Below are positions 1-13,200 of a DNA stretch of 64,000 nt, piece by piece. Under the pieces are notes generated by a model that saw only the letters and a list, made by a program, of their open reading frames with translations, did no database searches and was not told the DNA's origin. Each line of letters opens with the position of its first letter. Position 1 is the stretch's first letter. The stretch covers positions 992,001 to 1,056,000 of the forward strand of contig CBDCXV010000001.1 of NCBI GenBank assembly GCA_965223905.1, in the 5' to 3' direction. A program made the position numbers and the translations under genes. Source of the DNA: Candidatus Latescibacterota bacterium. GTDB taxonomy: Bacteria; Latescibacterota; UBA2968; UBA8231.

Positions 1-401
1 GCGCACTTCACCCGCATCGGGAACTCCCGCACGCCGGCGAAGACGGCCAGCTTGCCGACCCCTGTGGTATCGACCGCGGCCTCGGGGTCGGACGTGACCA
101 GGTTGTGGAAGCGCTCGAACAGCTGCCTGGCCTCGGTCGCGGAGCTGCCTTTGAGGGCTTCCGTCATCAGCGACGCCGACGCCTTCGAGATGGCGCAGCC
201 CGAGCCTTCGAACGAGATGTCCTCGATAACGGAGCCCCCGTCCCCTTCGGCGACCTGCAGGTGGAGGTGCAGGTGATCGCCGCACAACGGGTTGTACCCC
301 TCCTGCCGGCGATTGGCCCCGTCGATCCGGCCGAAGTTCCGCGGGTTGCGGTTGTGGTCGAGGATGACCTGCTGGTACAGCTCCCTGAGCTCTTCCATCA
401 T
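1..401 (-). CDS. sufU: SufU/NifU-family Fe-S cluster assembly protein (runs off window edge, partial)
   Basis: Manual translation from ATG at 401 (ATGA overlap with sufS stop): MMEELRELYQQVILDHNRNPRNFG...NPLCGD...GSGCAISKASAS...FPMRVKCA; three conserved Cys. Not in the ORF track because it is truncated. Confidence 0.93.
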   Translation of the reverse strand, partial: MMEELRELYQQVILDHNRNPRNFGRIDGANRRQEGYNPLCGDHLHLHLQVAEGDGGSVIEDISFEGSGCAISKASASLMTEALKGSSATEARQLFERFHNLVTSDPEAAVDTTGVGKLAVFAGVREFPMRVKC

Positions 402-1645
402 GCCAGCACCGAGCGCACCGACGCGAGGGCGCCGGCCAGGACGTCGACTTCCTCGCGGGTGTTGTAGAAGGCCAGCGAGGCGCGCGCCATCGCCGGAACC
501 CCGAAGCGGGACATCAGCGGCTGCGCGCAGTGGTGGCCGGTGCGTATGGCCACCCCCTCGAGGTCGAGGATCGTGCCGGTGTCGTGGGGGTGAACCCCGG
601 CCAGCTCGAACGCAATGACAGCGACCTTGTCGGGCGCGGTTCCGAAGATCCGCAGCCCCTCGACGTCCGCCAGCTTCTCGGTGGCGTAGGCGAGCAGGCT
701 CCTCTCGTACTGGTCGATCCGATCGGCGCCAACTTCGTTGACGTAGTCGACGGCCGCCTCAAGCCCCAGGGCGCCGGCGATGTTCGGAGTGCCGGCCTCG
801 AACCTGGCCGGCGGCTCGGCGAAGGTCGTCTCCTCGAAGCTGACCGACTGAATCATCGAGCCGCCACCTTCCCAGGGGGGCATGGCCTCGAGCAGCTCCC
901 GCTTGCCGTAGAGCACCCCGACGCCGGTCGGACCGCAGAGCTTGTGGCCGGAAAACAGGTAGAAGTCGCAGTCGAGGTCGCGCACGTCCACGGGCAGGTG
1001 GGGTGCGCCCTGGGCTCCGTCTACGAGCAGGACCGCCCCGCGGTCGTGGGCGAGGCGTGCGATCTCGGCGACGGGGTTGATCGTCCCGAGCACGTTCGAG
1101 GCGTGGGCGACCGCCACCAGGCGGGTGCGCTCGGAGAGCAGGCTCTCGAAGGCATCCATGTCGAGCCGCCCGGAGTCGTCGATGGGGGCGACCTTGAGAG
1201 TCGCCTGGCGCTCGCTGCAGGCCATCTGCCACGGCACGATGTTCGAATGGTGCTCCATGTGGGTGATCAGCACCTCGTCCCCGGCCCCGATCCGGGTGCT
1301 CCCGAAGCTCGATGCCACGAGGTTGATGCCCTCCGTGGTGCCGCGGACGAAGACGATCTCATCGCTGCTTTCGGCGTTGAGGAACTGGGCGATGCGCCCG
1401 CGGGCCCGTTCGTACGCGAAGGTCGCCTCCTGGGACAGGCGGTGGACCCCGCGGTGGATGTTGGAGTTCTCCTCCTCGTAGTAGCGCGACACCGCGGCGA
1501 TGACGGAGCGCGGCTTCTGCGACGTCGCCGCGTTGTCGAGATAGACGAGGGGCTTGTGGCGCACGCGCCGCGCGAGGATGGGGAAGTCGCGCCGCACCGC
1601 TTCGACGTTGAGCTGATCGCTGGCTACCGCCGCCTGAATGACCAT
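398..1645 (-). CDS. sufS: Cysteine desulfurase SufS
   Basis: YLDNAATSQKP, PLP-Lys motif SGHKLCGPTG, catalytic RTGHHCAQP; lies within the suf operon. Confidence 0.96.
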   Translation of the reverse strand: MVIQAAVASDQLNVEAVRRDFPILARRVRHKPLVYLDNAATSQKPRSVIAAVSRYYEEENSNIHRGVHRLSQEATFAYERARGRIAQFLNAESSDEIVFVRGTTEGINLVASSFGSTRIGAGDEVLITHMEHHSNIVPWQMACSERQATLKVAPIDDSGRLDMDAFESLLSERTRLVAVAHASNVLGTINPVAEIARLAHDRGAVLLVDGAQGAPHLPVDVRDLDCDFYLFSGHKLCGPTGVGVLYGKRELLEAMPPWEGGGSMIQSVSFEETTFAEPPARFEAGTPNIAGALGLEAAVDYVNEVGADRIDQYERSLLAYATEKLADVEGLRIFGTAPDKVAVIAFELAGVHPHDTGTILDLEGVAIRTGHHCAQPLMSRFGVPAMARASLAFYNTREEVDVLAGALASVRSVLA

Positions 1646-1649
1646 CCCT

Positions 1650-3005
1650 CTATCCCCCGGTAATCAGGCGTTCGACCTTGGCGTCGGCGAGGGCGCGCAG
1701 GTGCGCCCGCAGCTGATCCGGGCCGACGCGGTCGACCACTTCGCCGCAGAATGCCCGCGCCAGTACGCTGACCGCCTCGGCTCGGGGAATGGCGCGCGTC
1801 TGCAGGTAGAACAGGGCGTCTTCGTCCAGCTCGCCCGCGGTCGAACCGTGGCTGCAGCGCACGTCGTCGGCGTAGATCTCGAGCTGCGGCTGCGAGGTGA
1901 CGTCGGCGTCGTCCGACAGCAGCAGGTTCTGGTTCGACTGGTAGGCGTCGGTGTTCTGGGCGCTTCGATGCACGTGGATCCTGCCGCGAAACACGCCGGT
2001 GGAGGAATCCCCGAGCACCCCCTTGTAGAGCTCGTGACTGACGCAGTCGGGCCGCGCGTGCTCCACCGTGGTGAAGTTGTCGATATGCTCGCTGCCGGCG
2101 CCGAGGTAGAGCCCGTTGAGCGTCGATTCGACTCCCTCTCCGTTGAGCACGGTGACGACGTCCCGGCGGAGGAAGCGGCCCGAAAGGGAGGCGCTGGTCG
2201 AGGTGAAGCGGCTGTCCCGGCTCTCGGTCACGTGCAGCAGGCCGACGTGGCTCGCCTGGTCCCCCTCCTGCTGGAGGGTGCAGTGCTCGACGCTGCTGCC
2301 GCGTTCCAGCAGGATTTCGCACACGGCGTTGGTGAGACGGGAAGCGCTGCCGGAACCAGCTCCGCTGCCGACGAACGACTCGACGACGGCCGCGCTGCTT
2401 CCCTCCTCGGCGACGACGAGGGTGCGGGGGAAGGACGCCACCGGGCGGTCCCCTGCGCCGGTCGACACGTGGAGGATCTGAACAGGGCCCTCGATCCGGG
2501 TGCGCGCCGGGATGCGCAGGGCCGCTCCGTCCTCGACGAAGGCGGTGTTGAGGGCGGCGAATCCCGAGGCGCCGTTGCCGGCGTGGCGGGCGATCTCCGC
2601 GGCGAAGTCGGCCCCGCCTGCGCGCATGGACTCGGCGATGCTCACTGCCTGCACTCCCGCGGGCAGCCGGTCGGTGTGCGACAGCCCGGGAACGAAGCGT
2701 CCGTCGGCGAACACCAGCAGGGCCGCGGCCCCTTCCAGCGCGTGCGGCTCGATATCGGCGGGGCGCACCGTTCCCGCGGCGGCGCTGGGAGAAAACGGCA
2801 CCCGCGTCACCGCCTGCGGGTTGGAGTGGCGCCAGCTCTCGTCCCTGCTGGTTGGCAGCCCGTGCTCGGCGAGGTGGGCGGCCGCCTCCCGGCGCAGGGC
2901 GTGCAAGGGGGTTTGGGCGCCGCCGTTCAGCCGCTGCTCGAACTCCCGGAAACAGTCGAGGTACCACTCCCGGCGGTCCTGCGGCTGCCGCTTGGCCCGG
3001 CTCAT
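1650..3005 (-). CDS. sufD: Fe-S cluster assembly protein SufD
   Basis: FAALNTAF, PQLEIYADDVRCSHGSTAG, ALFYLQTRAI; start ATG at 3005 overlaps the sufC stop. Confidence 0.94.
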   Translation of the reverse strand: MSRAKRQPQDRREWYLDCFREFEQRLNGGAQTPLHALRREAAAHLAEHGLPTSRDESWRHSNPQAVTRVPFSPSAAAGTVRPADIEPHALEGAAALLVFADGRFVPGLSHTDRLPAGVQAVSIAESMRAGGADFAAEIARHAGNGASGFAALNTAFVEDGAALRIPARTRIEGPVQILHVSTGAGDRPVASFPRTLVVAEEGSSAAVVESFVGSGAGSGSASRLTNAVCEILLERGSSVEHCTLQQEGDQASHVGLLHVTESRDSRFTSTSASLSGRFLRRDVVTVLNGEGVESTLNGLYLGAGSEHIDNFTTVEHARPDCVSHELYKGVLGDSSTGVFRGRIHVHRSAQNTDAYQSNQNLLLSDDADVTSQPQLEIYADDVRCSHGSTAGELDEDALFYLQTRAIPRAEAVSVLARAFCGEVVDRVGPDQLRAHLRALADAKVERLITGG

Positions 3006-3768
3006 GCCCCTGCCTGGGCGGTCTCTTTGCGCACCCACTCGTACCCCTTCCGATCGAGCTCGAGGGCGAGCTCCTTGCCGCCGGAACGGGCGATGCGGCC
3101 GTCGATCAGCACGTGCACGACATCGGGGATTATGTATTGCAGCAGCCGCTGGTAGTGGGTGACGACGACGACGCTCTTTTCCGGGGCGTGCAGCCTGTTG
3201 ACGCCGTCGGCGACGATTCGCAGGGCGTCGATGTCGAGGCCGGAATCGGTCTCGTCCAGCACCGCCAGCTTCGGCTCGAGGACGGCGAGCTGCAGGATCT
3301 CGTGGCGCTTCTTCTCCCCTCCGGAGAACCCCTCGTTGACCGGGCGCCTGAGAAAGCTCTCGTCCATTTCGACGAGCTCGAGCTTCTCCCTGACCAGGCT
3401 GAGGAAGTCGATGGCGTCGATCTCCTGCTCGCCGCGGTGCTTGCGGATCTCGTTGAGCCCGGTGCGCAGGAAGTAGGCGGAGTTGACCCCGGGGATCTCC
3501 ACCGGGTACTGGAAGGCCATGAACAGCCCCTCGCGGGCGCGCTCCTCCGGGTCCATATCGAGGAGGTCGCCGCCGCAGTAGGTGACCGAGCCTTCGGTCA
3601 CCTCGTACTCCTCGCGGCCGGCCAGCACCTGGGCCAGCGTCGACTTGCCCGAGCCGTTCGGCCCCATGATGGCGTGGATCTCTCCGGCGGCGACTTCGAG
3701 GTCGACTCCTTTCAGGATCTCGGTCCCGTCAACGCTGGCGTGCAGGTTCTCGATTGCGAGCATCGCCG

Positions 3769-3772
<4 letters not shown>
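3002..3772 (-). CDS. sufC: Fe-S cluster assembly ABC ATPase SufC
   Basis: C-terminal part of ORF 3002..5089: [44 protein letters not shown]; ATG at 3772 overlaps the sufB stop. Confidence 0.96.
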
Positions 3773-5262
<1,490 letters not shown>

Positions 5263-5358
5263 GACCATTCTCCGGCCGCGGCCCGGGGCCTGAGAATCCC
5301 CGCGGCGCTGCCTGAAAAGAGGACGTTAGTTTCTGTAAATCGGTGAGTTACGAGGATG

Positions 5359-5390
5359 AACCTAAGAATCTTGAAAAAAATGTCAAGATT
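5359..5390 (-). promoter_or_regulatory. sigma70-type promoter of the suf operon overlapped by an 8-bp inverted-repeat operator
   Basis: Minus strand TTGACA (5386-5381), 16-nt spacer, TAGGTT (5364-5359); perfect inverted repeat AATCTTGA-N8-TCAAGATT at 5367-5390 in an AT-rich patch. Confidence 0.7.
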
Positions 5391-5493
5391 ACGAACCGAG
5401 CGGTTTCTGCGCCGGAGCGAAGGGGTGCTGCCCCCGGGCTCGCAAGGCTCCTGACCGAGTCGTACCCAGGGTGGATACCGACGGGACAGGACA

Positions 5494-6411
5494 CTATCCC
5501 AGGCGTTTGCGGCGCACCAGGTAGCGGGACAGGGCGGCGTCGAAGGGGGTCGCCGTATCGATGAGGGCATAGTCGACGCCGGCTTCGGCGCAGCCGCGGC
5601 GGTAGCGGTCGATCAGCCGGTTCATCATCTCCCGGTACTCCGCCTGCATGTGCCAGGGCTGCGTTCGCAGCTGCTGGTCCGGGTCCTCGAGATCGACGAA
5701 GCGGGTGTCCCCGCGGCGGAAGTCGAGGTCGCGTTCGCGGGGGTCGAGCAGGTGAAAGGCGATCACCTCGTGGCCGCGGTGGCAGAAGTGGCGCAGGCCG
5801 CCGAGGACCTCCTCCGGGTCGTCGAGGAGGTCGGATATCAGGATGACCAGCCCGCGCCGCGACAGGCGTTCGGCGAGGTCGTGCAGGACCGGGGCGGTGC
5901 GGGTGTCGGCCTCGGGCTCGGCGCGGGCCAGCTGGGTCAACAGCACGTGGAGGTGGCTCTGCACCGAACGGGGCGGCACGTGCGACAGGGCGCGGTCGCG
6001 GAACAGCGTCAGGCCGACGGCGTCGCGCTGGCGCAGCATCAGGTAGGCCAGGGCCGCCGCCAGGCAGCAGCCGTAGCGGAACTTGCTGATCGCCCCGGCC
6101 CCCCGGAAGGCCATCGAGCCGCTGGCGTCGACGAGGAGATAGGCCTTGAGGTTGGTCTCCTCCTCGTAGCGCTTGACGTAGAGGCGGTCGGTCTTGGCCA
6201 GGGCCTTCCAGTCGAGATCGCGGATTGGGTCCCCCGGCATGTACGGCCGGTGCTCGGAGAACTCGACCGAGAACCCGTGGTAGGGGGACCGGTGCAGACC
6301 GGTGATGAACCCCTCGACGACGAGACGGGCAATCAGGTCGAGACGGCCCAGTCCGGACACGGTTTCGGGATCGAGAAAGGAGTCTGCGCCACCGGAAGTC
6401 GCCGCGGTCAT
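5494..6411 (-). CDS. DUF58 family VWA-like protein (MoxR partner)
   Basis: GLHRSPYHGFSVEFSEHRPYMPGD, IRDLDWK, KRYEEETN, MIDAS-like DASGSM and ISDL. Confidence 0.92.
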   Translation of the reverse strand: MTAATSGGADSFLDPETVSGLGRLDLIARLVVEGFITGLHRSPYHGFSVEFSEHRPYMPGDPIRDLDWKALAKTDRLYVKRYEEETNLKAYLLVDASGSMAFRGAGAISKFRYGCCLAAALAYLMLRQRDAVGLTLFRDRALSHVPPRSVQSHLHVLLTQLARAEPEADTRTAPVLHDLAERLSRRGLVILISDLLDDPEEVLGGLRHFCHRGHEVIAFHLLDPRERDLDFRRGDTRFVDLEDPDQQLRTQPWHMQAEYREMMNRLIDRYRRGCAEAGVDYALIDTATPFDAALSRYLVRRKRLG

Positions 6412-6551
6412 CGCGATTCGGTCCCGGTGCTTTCCCGCAAGGCTGACCGCGCCTGAGGCCGGGCACCGAGTCGGGGTGGAGGGAAGGACCGCACAAACGA
6501 CCGGGCTGGGGTTGGAACCGAATTGTTCCCCTTCAGGTGCATCGGCCGCCC

Positions 6552-7555
<1,004 letters not shown>

Positions 7556-7559
<4 letters not shown>

Positions 7560-8848
7560 GTCTTGCGTTCTTTCTTTTTGGCGGCCGGAAACAGCACGTT
7601 GTTCAGGATGAGGCGGTAACCGGGAGAGTTGGGGAACAGGGAAAGCCTCGTGGGCGGGTCGCCGACATGGTGCTTGTGGTCCTCCGGATCGTGGCCCCCG
7701 TAGAAGGTAAAGGTCCCCTTGCCGACGCGGCCGTGGATGTACTTGACGACCTCCGTTCCCTCGACCTCGCCTAGGACGATCACCGATTCCTTGATCAGCG
7801 AGCGGCGGAAGCCGGTGGTCTGCCCGAGGAAGCCGTCGACGACATTGGTGTGGCACTGGGTCAGCATCGCCGGGACCGGGTCGTACTTGGCCGAGAACTC
7901 GAACAGGGTGAAGTACTCCGCTTCCGCGGTTTTCACCCGGCGGACGTCGCGCGGCGTGGTGTCGATGTCCGAGTGCTCGTAGACCATCGGGTCGAGCTCG
8001 AGGCGGAAGTTCTCGAACGCCACGGCGCGGTTGTAGTCGAGTTTCTCCTGGGCCCGGGGATCCGCGGGGTCCCCGTCGAAAACCGCCGCGGCGATGTCGG
8101 CCCCTTCGGCCGCCAGCGCGATGTCGAAGGTGTCGGTCGCCGAGCACATGGCGAAGACGAACCCACCCCCGTTCATGTAGTCGCGGATCTTGCGCGCCAC
8201 CGCTTTCTTCAGCTCGGAGACCTTGGCGAAACCCAGCTCCGCGGCCATGGCCTCGTACAGCCGCTGCTGATCCTGGTACCAGGGCTGGCGCCGGTAGCTG
8301 GCGTAGAACTTCCCGTACTGGCCGGTGAAGTCCTCGTGGTGCAGGTGCAGCCAGTCGTAGTCCTCGAGCTTGCCGGCGAGCACCTCGGCGTCGAAGAGGC
8401 GGTCGTACTCGATGCCGGCGTACTGCAGCGCCAGGGTTACGGCGTCGTCCCAGGGCTGGGAGTTGGGCGGCGTGTACACGGCGATGCGGGGGGCCTTGTC
8501 GAGCCGGACGACCTCCATGTTGCCGGCGTCGATGTCGGCGTAGATACCGGCAGCCTCCCCTTCGGAGACCGCCTCGGTGGCGATGCCGCGGATGCCGGCC
8601 TCGGCGGCGATCAGCGGGTGGGCTTCGACGAGGAAGGAGCCGCCGCGGTAGTTGAGGAGCCACTCGAGCGGGACGCCGCGGTCGAGAATCCACAGGGCGA
8701 GGCCGTAGGCCTTGAGGTGCTCTGTCTGGGCGAGGTCCATCGGCACCAGGATCCGCTGCGCCGCCGCGGGTCCCGGCATGGCGCCGATAACCGCGGCGAT
8801 CACCGCGGCGAGCAGGCCGATCTGGAATCTCTTCACAACCCCTGTCAT
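7556..8848 (-). CDS. Exported conserved protein with a class I glutamine-amidotransferase-like domain (family often mis-named 'asparagine synthetase B')
   Basis: Sec signal peptide ending PAAA-Q; motifs HLKAYG, WLLNYRGGSF, PWDDAVTL, YDWLHLHHEDFTGQYGKFY, GGFVFAMCSATD, YGGHDPED. Confidence 0.7.
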
Positions 8849-8855
8849 CTTCGCT

Positions 8856-10274
8856 TCAGCCCGTTTCCCGGTACAGGGGCCGCAGCCGCTGTATCTCGAG
8901 ACGGATCTGCGGCGCCCGGGCGTCGCCGGGGAATCCCAGAAGGGCGCTTTCCCAGGTGCGCAGAGCCTCGAGGGGACGGCCCTGTTTCTCGAGCAGCCGC
9001 GCCCGCAGGATCAGCGCGGTGAGGGCCTCGCGCCGGCCGGGAAACGACGCCGCGACCTCGGCGTACCCGGCCAGTGCGCTGTCGGGAAGGGCGCGCGCCT
9101 CGCAGGCCCGCGCCTGGTCGAGCATGGCGCGGACCTCGATGCCCTCCGCTGCGCCGTACAGCTCCCGCCGGACCGTGGCCGCCTCTGCGTGCCGCCCCTG
9201 GTGCTGGTAGAGCAGCGACGTCGCGTAGAGCGCAAGCTCGCGTTCGTTACCGCGCTGCGCCTCGAGCAGGGTGACGATCTCCAGGGCGTCGTTGGCCAGC
9301 TCGTGCCCCGGCTGCGCCGCGAGCAGGGTGTCGAAATGGGCGAGGGCGGCTTCGAAGTCGGCGTGCAGGTAGGCGAGGCGGCCGAGCCCGTAGCGCGCCG
9401 CCCGGTCTCCTGCGGAAGCGGCCAGCAGGGCGCGGTAGCGGTCCCCGGCGGCGTCGAGATCCCCCGCGGCGAGGTCGCATTCCGCCAGCAGCAGGACGGC
9501 ATCGGTGGAGCGGTATCCGCCGCGGCCGGCAGCCAGGGGGGCCAGCAGCAGGCGCGCGGTCTCGGCGTCGCCGTAGGCCTGCAGCAGCAGGCGCCCCTGC
9601 CTGTAGATCGCCTCGCGGCTCTCCGGCTCGCGGGGATACCTGTCCGCGACCTGACGGTACACGGACATCGCCTGGTCGTGGCGCCCCTGCCGCTCGTAGA
9701 GCCCCGCCTCCTTGAGCAGCGACCCGGCACGGTAGCGGGGATTCCCCCGCGGGCTGGCGGAGTAACGCTGGTAGCTCAGGGCCGCCACCTCGTAGAAACC
9801 GGCAGCCTCGCAGCGGGAGGCGAATTGGTAGAGCGCACCGCCGATGTCGGAGCGCCTCTCGATTTCGAGGAGCGCCTCGAGGCCCACCTGGGGCTCGCCC
9901 GTCTTCAGCGATACCGCGGCCAGCAGCATCGCCGCGTGCAGGGGGTCTCGGTCCGAGCCGTCCAGGGCGTCGTGCAGAGCCTCGGCGATGGCCGCGGTTC
10001 TCTGCTGCGGTTGCCCGGGCGCGTTTCCGTCACCGGCGCCGGCGATCTTCTCGAAGTGGCTCTCGACCAGGGGGAAGTGCTGCGGTTCCGAGTCGAGGTA
10101 GTCGAGGGCGGCGCCGACTGCTTCGGGGTAGCGCCCGGCCGCCAGGTGCTCGAGGCAGAGCGCCCATGGATGGCCGCTCCGCTGCGGCCGGAATCGGCCG
10201 CCGGAGTCCGCCCCGGCCTGTGCGTTCAGCGCGGCCCAGAGACAGAGGAAGCACAGCAGTCCGCGTCCTCTCAC
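8856..10274 (-). CDS. Exported tetratricopeptide-repeat protein
   Basis: GTG at 10274 overlaps the DUF4175 stop; signal peptide (LLCFLCLWAALNAQA); repeated TPR-like helices (YRQVADRYP, YAEVAASFP, LANDALE). Confidence 0.75.
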   Translation of the reverse strand: MRGRGLLCFLCLWAALNAQAGADSGGRFRPQRSGHPWALCLEHLAAGRYPEAVGAALDYLDSEPQHFPLVESHFEKIAGAGDGNAPGQPQQRTAAIAEALHDALDGSDRDPLHAAMLLAAVSLKTGEPQVGLEALLEIERRSDIGGALYQFASRCEAAGFYEVAALSYQRYSASPRGNPRYRAGSLLKEAGLYERQGRHDQAMSVYRQVADRYPREPESREAIYRQGRLLLQAYGDAETARLLLAPLAAGRGGYRSTDAVLLLAECDLAAGDLDAAGDRYRALLAASAGDRAARYGLGRLAYLHADFEAALAHFDTLLAAQPGHELANDALEIVTLLEAQRGNERELALYATSLLYQHQGRHAEAATVRRELYGAAEGIEVRAMLDQARACEARALPDSALAGYAEVAASFPGRREALTALILRARLLEKQGRPLEALRTWESALLGFPGDARAPQIRLEIQRLRPLYRETG

Positions 10275-13200
10275 GGAAGTCCTTCCAGGGAGTCGGGGCG
10301 GGCGGCGATGTCGGCGTAGACCGACTCGTAGTAGCGGCGCACCAGCTCGCGGTACTCCCGGGGCAGGTTGCCGGCGAGAGCGCGCTTCATCGCCTCGCGC
10401 CAGAGGTCGGGGCGCTGGCCCAGATCCTCCGGGATCCACATCGGTCCGGCGTAGTCGCTGTCGGCGCCGGTTTCGGACTGCCTCTTCTTCTTGAATCCAC
10501 GGGAGTAGATGGAACGGCTCGCATCGAGCATGCGCTGGTAGATCCGCTCCTGCGTCTGGTTGATGCGCGGATGGGGCCGGCCCTGCTGCATGTCTCTCAG
10601 CACCGAGTTCATCTCCTCGGCGATCCCCCGCATCCGTTTTTCGGCGCCGCGATGTCCGCGCAGGCTGCGCTCGATTTCGGACAGCGCCTGCATGATGCTC
10701 CGCTGCTCCGCGGCCAATCGCGCCATTTCCGCTCTGGCGTTGGCGCCGCGGCCGGGTCCCCCGCGTTCTCCGTCCGGCGCCTCCTGGCCCTCCATCGCCT
10801 CCCGCGTCGCCTGGTTGAGGGAGGCCTGCTGTTCCGACAGCCCCAGGAGCTTCTCCATCGCCTCGGCGAACCCGGACGGCATGAACGACGAGGCGACGTC
10901 CTCGATGCTCCGGCGCAGCAGGTTGGCCGCTTCGTTGAGGTAGCCGTAGGCCTCGGACTGGCTTGGCAGCGACCGTCCGGCCTCCCGCTGCCCGAGCCGG
11001 CGTCCCGACTCCTGCATCCGCCGCCGCGCGTACCCGGCAGTGACGATAACGGCGCGATCCAGGCTCAGGGTCTGCTGGCCGGCGCTCGCCAGCTCGGAGA
11101 TGACGGCATCGGTGCCGCGCAGCAGGGCGAACTGCTCGTCGGCGAGGGCCGCGGCCCCGTCCCGTTCCCGCCGGGTGCGCCGCGCCAGCTCCTCCTGACT
11201 ATGCGAGAGGTCGATCAGGTCTGCCATGGCGGTGCGCAGCTTGCCGACCAGGCGGTTCTTCTCCCCGGCGGAGAACTGGTCTCGCAGTTCTTCGAGGTCC
11301 GCGGCCAGCTCGCCGAGATCCTCCAGGAGCTCCCCGCCGAGGCCCCGGGCCTGCTGCCGTCTCCCTTCCCCAAGGCTCGCGGCCATTTCCCTCATGCGCC
11401 CGGCGAGGTCGCGCTGCTCCATTTCGGCCGCCTCGCGGTTCAGGGCTTCGGAGCTGCCCGGGCTGATCGGGGCCAGCGCCTCGGCGGCCTCCTCGAGATC
11501 GCCGCGCAGGCGCTCGGAGTCGCGGGCCAATGACTCTTCTCTCGCTTCCAGGCGGGCCGCGGCCTCGGAAGCGGAGGCTAGCGCTTCGCCGATGCTCTCC
11601 TGCCGGGCGAGCAGGTCGCGGGCCTTCTCGACCGCGGCCTCGAGCTGCTGCTCGGCCTGAACCTGGCGCAGCAGCGCCAGGGTGCGATCGAGACGCTGCT
11701 CGAAAACCTCGTACTCCTCGCTGAATTTCTTCAGGGTTTCCGCCAACTGTTCCGGGTCGAGCTCGCCGGCGGATTGCTCGAGCTCGCGCAGGGCCTCGAG
11801 CAGCTCGGGGGAGGTGACCTCCTCCATCAGCTCGCGGATCTCCTCCATCTTGTCGAGGAGCTCCCGCGAACCCAGACCCTGCTCCGACAACTTTTCCGCC
11901 ACCTCGGCCAACTCCTGCGCCGCCTCTTCCAGGGCCTGGGCGCGCTCGCGCTCGCGGTCGAGCGCCGCTTCCAGCTCCCGTTTCTGCTCCCAGCTGAGCT
12001 CCTCGGTTTTCAGGACCTCTCTGCGCACCTGCTCGAGATACTGCTGGGCGCTGCGCTCCTGGTCGATCAGCTCCTCCACCGACATCACCGTTTCGCTCTG
12101 CAGCTCGGAGACTTCGTCGAGGAACTCGAACATCGACGGGAAACGCACCGCGAACTCCTTCGAATAGCTGCTCTTGGGTCCCGTGACGGCGTCGTTGTCG
12201 GTGGCGCGTACGCGGTAGGTGACGCGGTCTTCGGGCAGCAGGTCAAGAGGGGCGAGGTCCCACAGGTGATCGACGGCGACACGCGGGCCCGGCCGCAAGC
12301 TCAAGGGCATGGAGCGCTCGCTGCCGCCGTTCTTGCGAAACAGCAGTTCGAGGGAGGCGATGCCGAAATCATCGCTTCCCTCTATTCCCAGGCCCACCAC
12401 CTTGGACTCCGGGAGACCGATGTCTTCCCCCGGCTCGACGACGGCAACTCGAGGCTTCTGGTCCGGCAGCACCTCGATGGCGTAGCGGATCGGGTCGCGA
12501 TTGGCAACCCCTTTGCGGTCCCTCATGTCGACGTAGTACAGGCGGCGGTTCGTTGCGGAGGTTGCGGCGACGCTGCTGCGGCCCGCGGCGACGGGCAGCG
12601 AGAAGGAGACGCGGGCGCCGCGGTCCTCGACCTCCGCGGGCAGGCGCAGGGTGTCGTCGATGACCAGGGCGGCTTCGGCGAGCGGCTTCGAGGCGTCGAT
12701 TCGGATCCCCACCTCCGTACCGGCAGGGGCGCTGACGTCGCCGTTTCCCGATTCGATCCGCTCCGGCCAGCCGCAGTGGGGGGGGTAGCGGTAGCGGACG
12801 GTCAGCTGCCGAACCTCGGGAGGATCGACGACCTCGACGTCGTACGGCCCGGCGAACCCGTCCCCTCCGCGAACGGAAAAGGAGAACGGCCGCACCACGT
12901 CGGTGAAAGTGTAGCGAACCGTGTCCGCGGCGGCTCCCTCGGAGGCGGCGATCTCGGTCGCCTGCCAATCGGCGCCCCCGGAGTCGCGCCTCAGGATTTC
13001 CGCGGTGCGGGGCACCTCCCCGGAAAACAGGATCTCGACCGCGGCATCCTCTCCCTTCACCACCTCCAGCTGTGGGGGCCGGACCTCGATGAGGGTCCGC
13101 GCGAGGCGGGGGTACTCGCGCAGGGGATGGGCGCAGCGCTTCGCCGCGGGTACCAGATCCTCGGCGAACAGGGCGCCGGCAGCGGTGACGGCCACTGCCG

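Noticed and set aside
6462-6474. GGCACCGAGTCGG, identical to part of the SpCas9 tracrRNA 3' hairpin
   Set aside because: Only 13 nt, no other tracr features, and no cas gene or CRISPR array in the window; compatible with chance.
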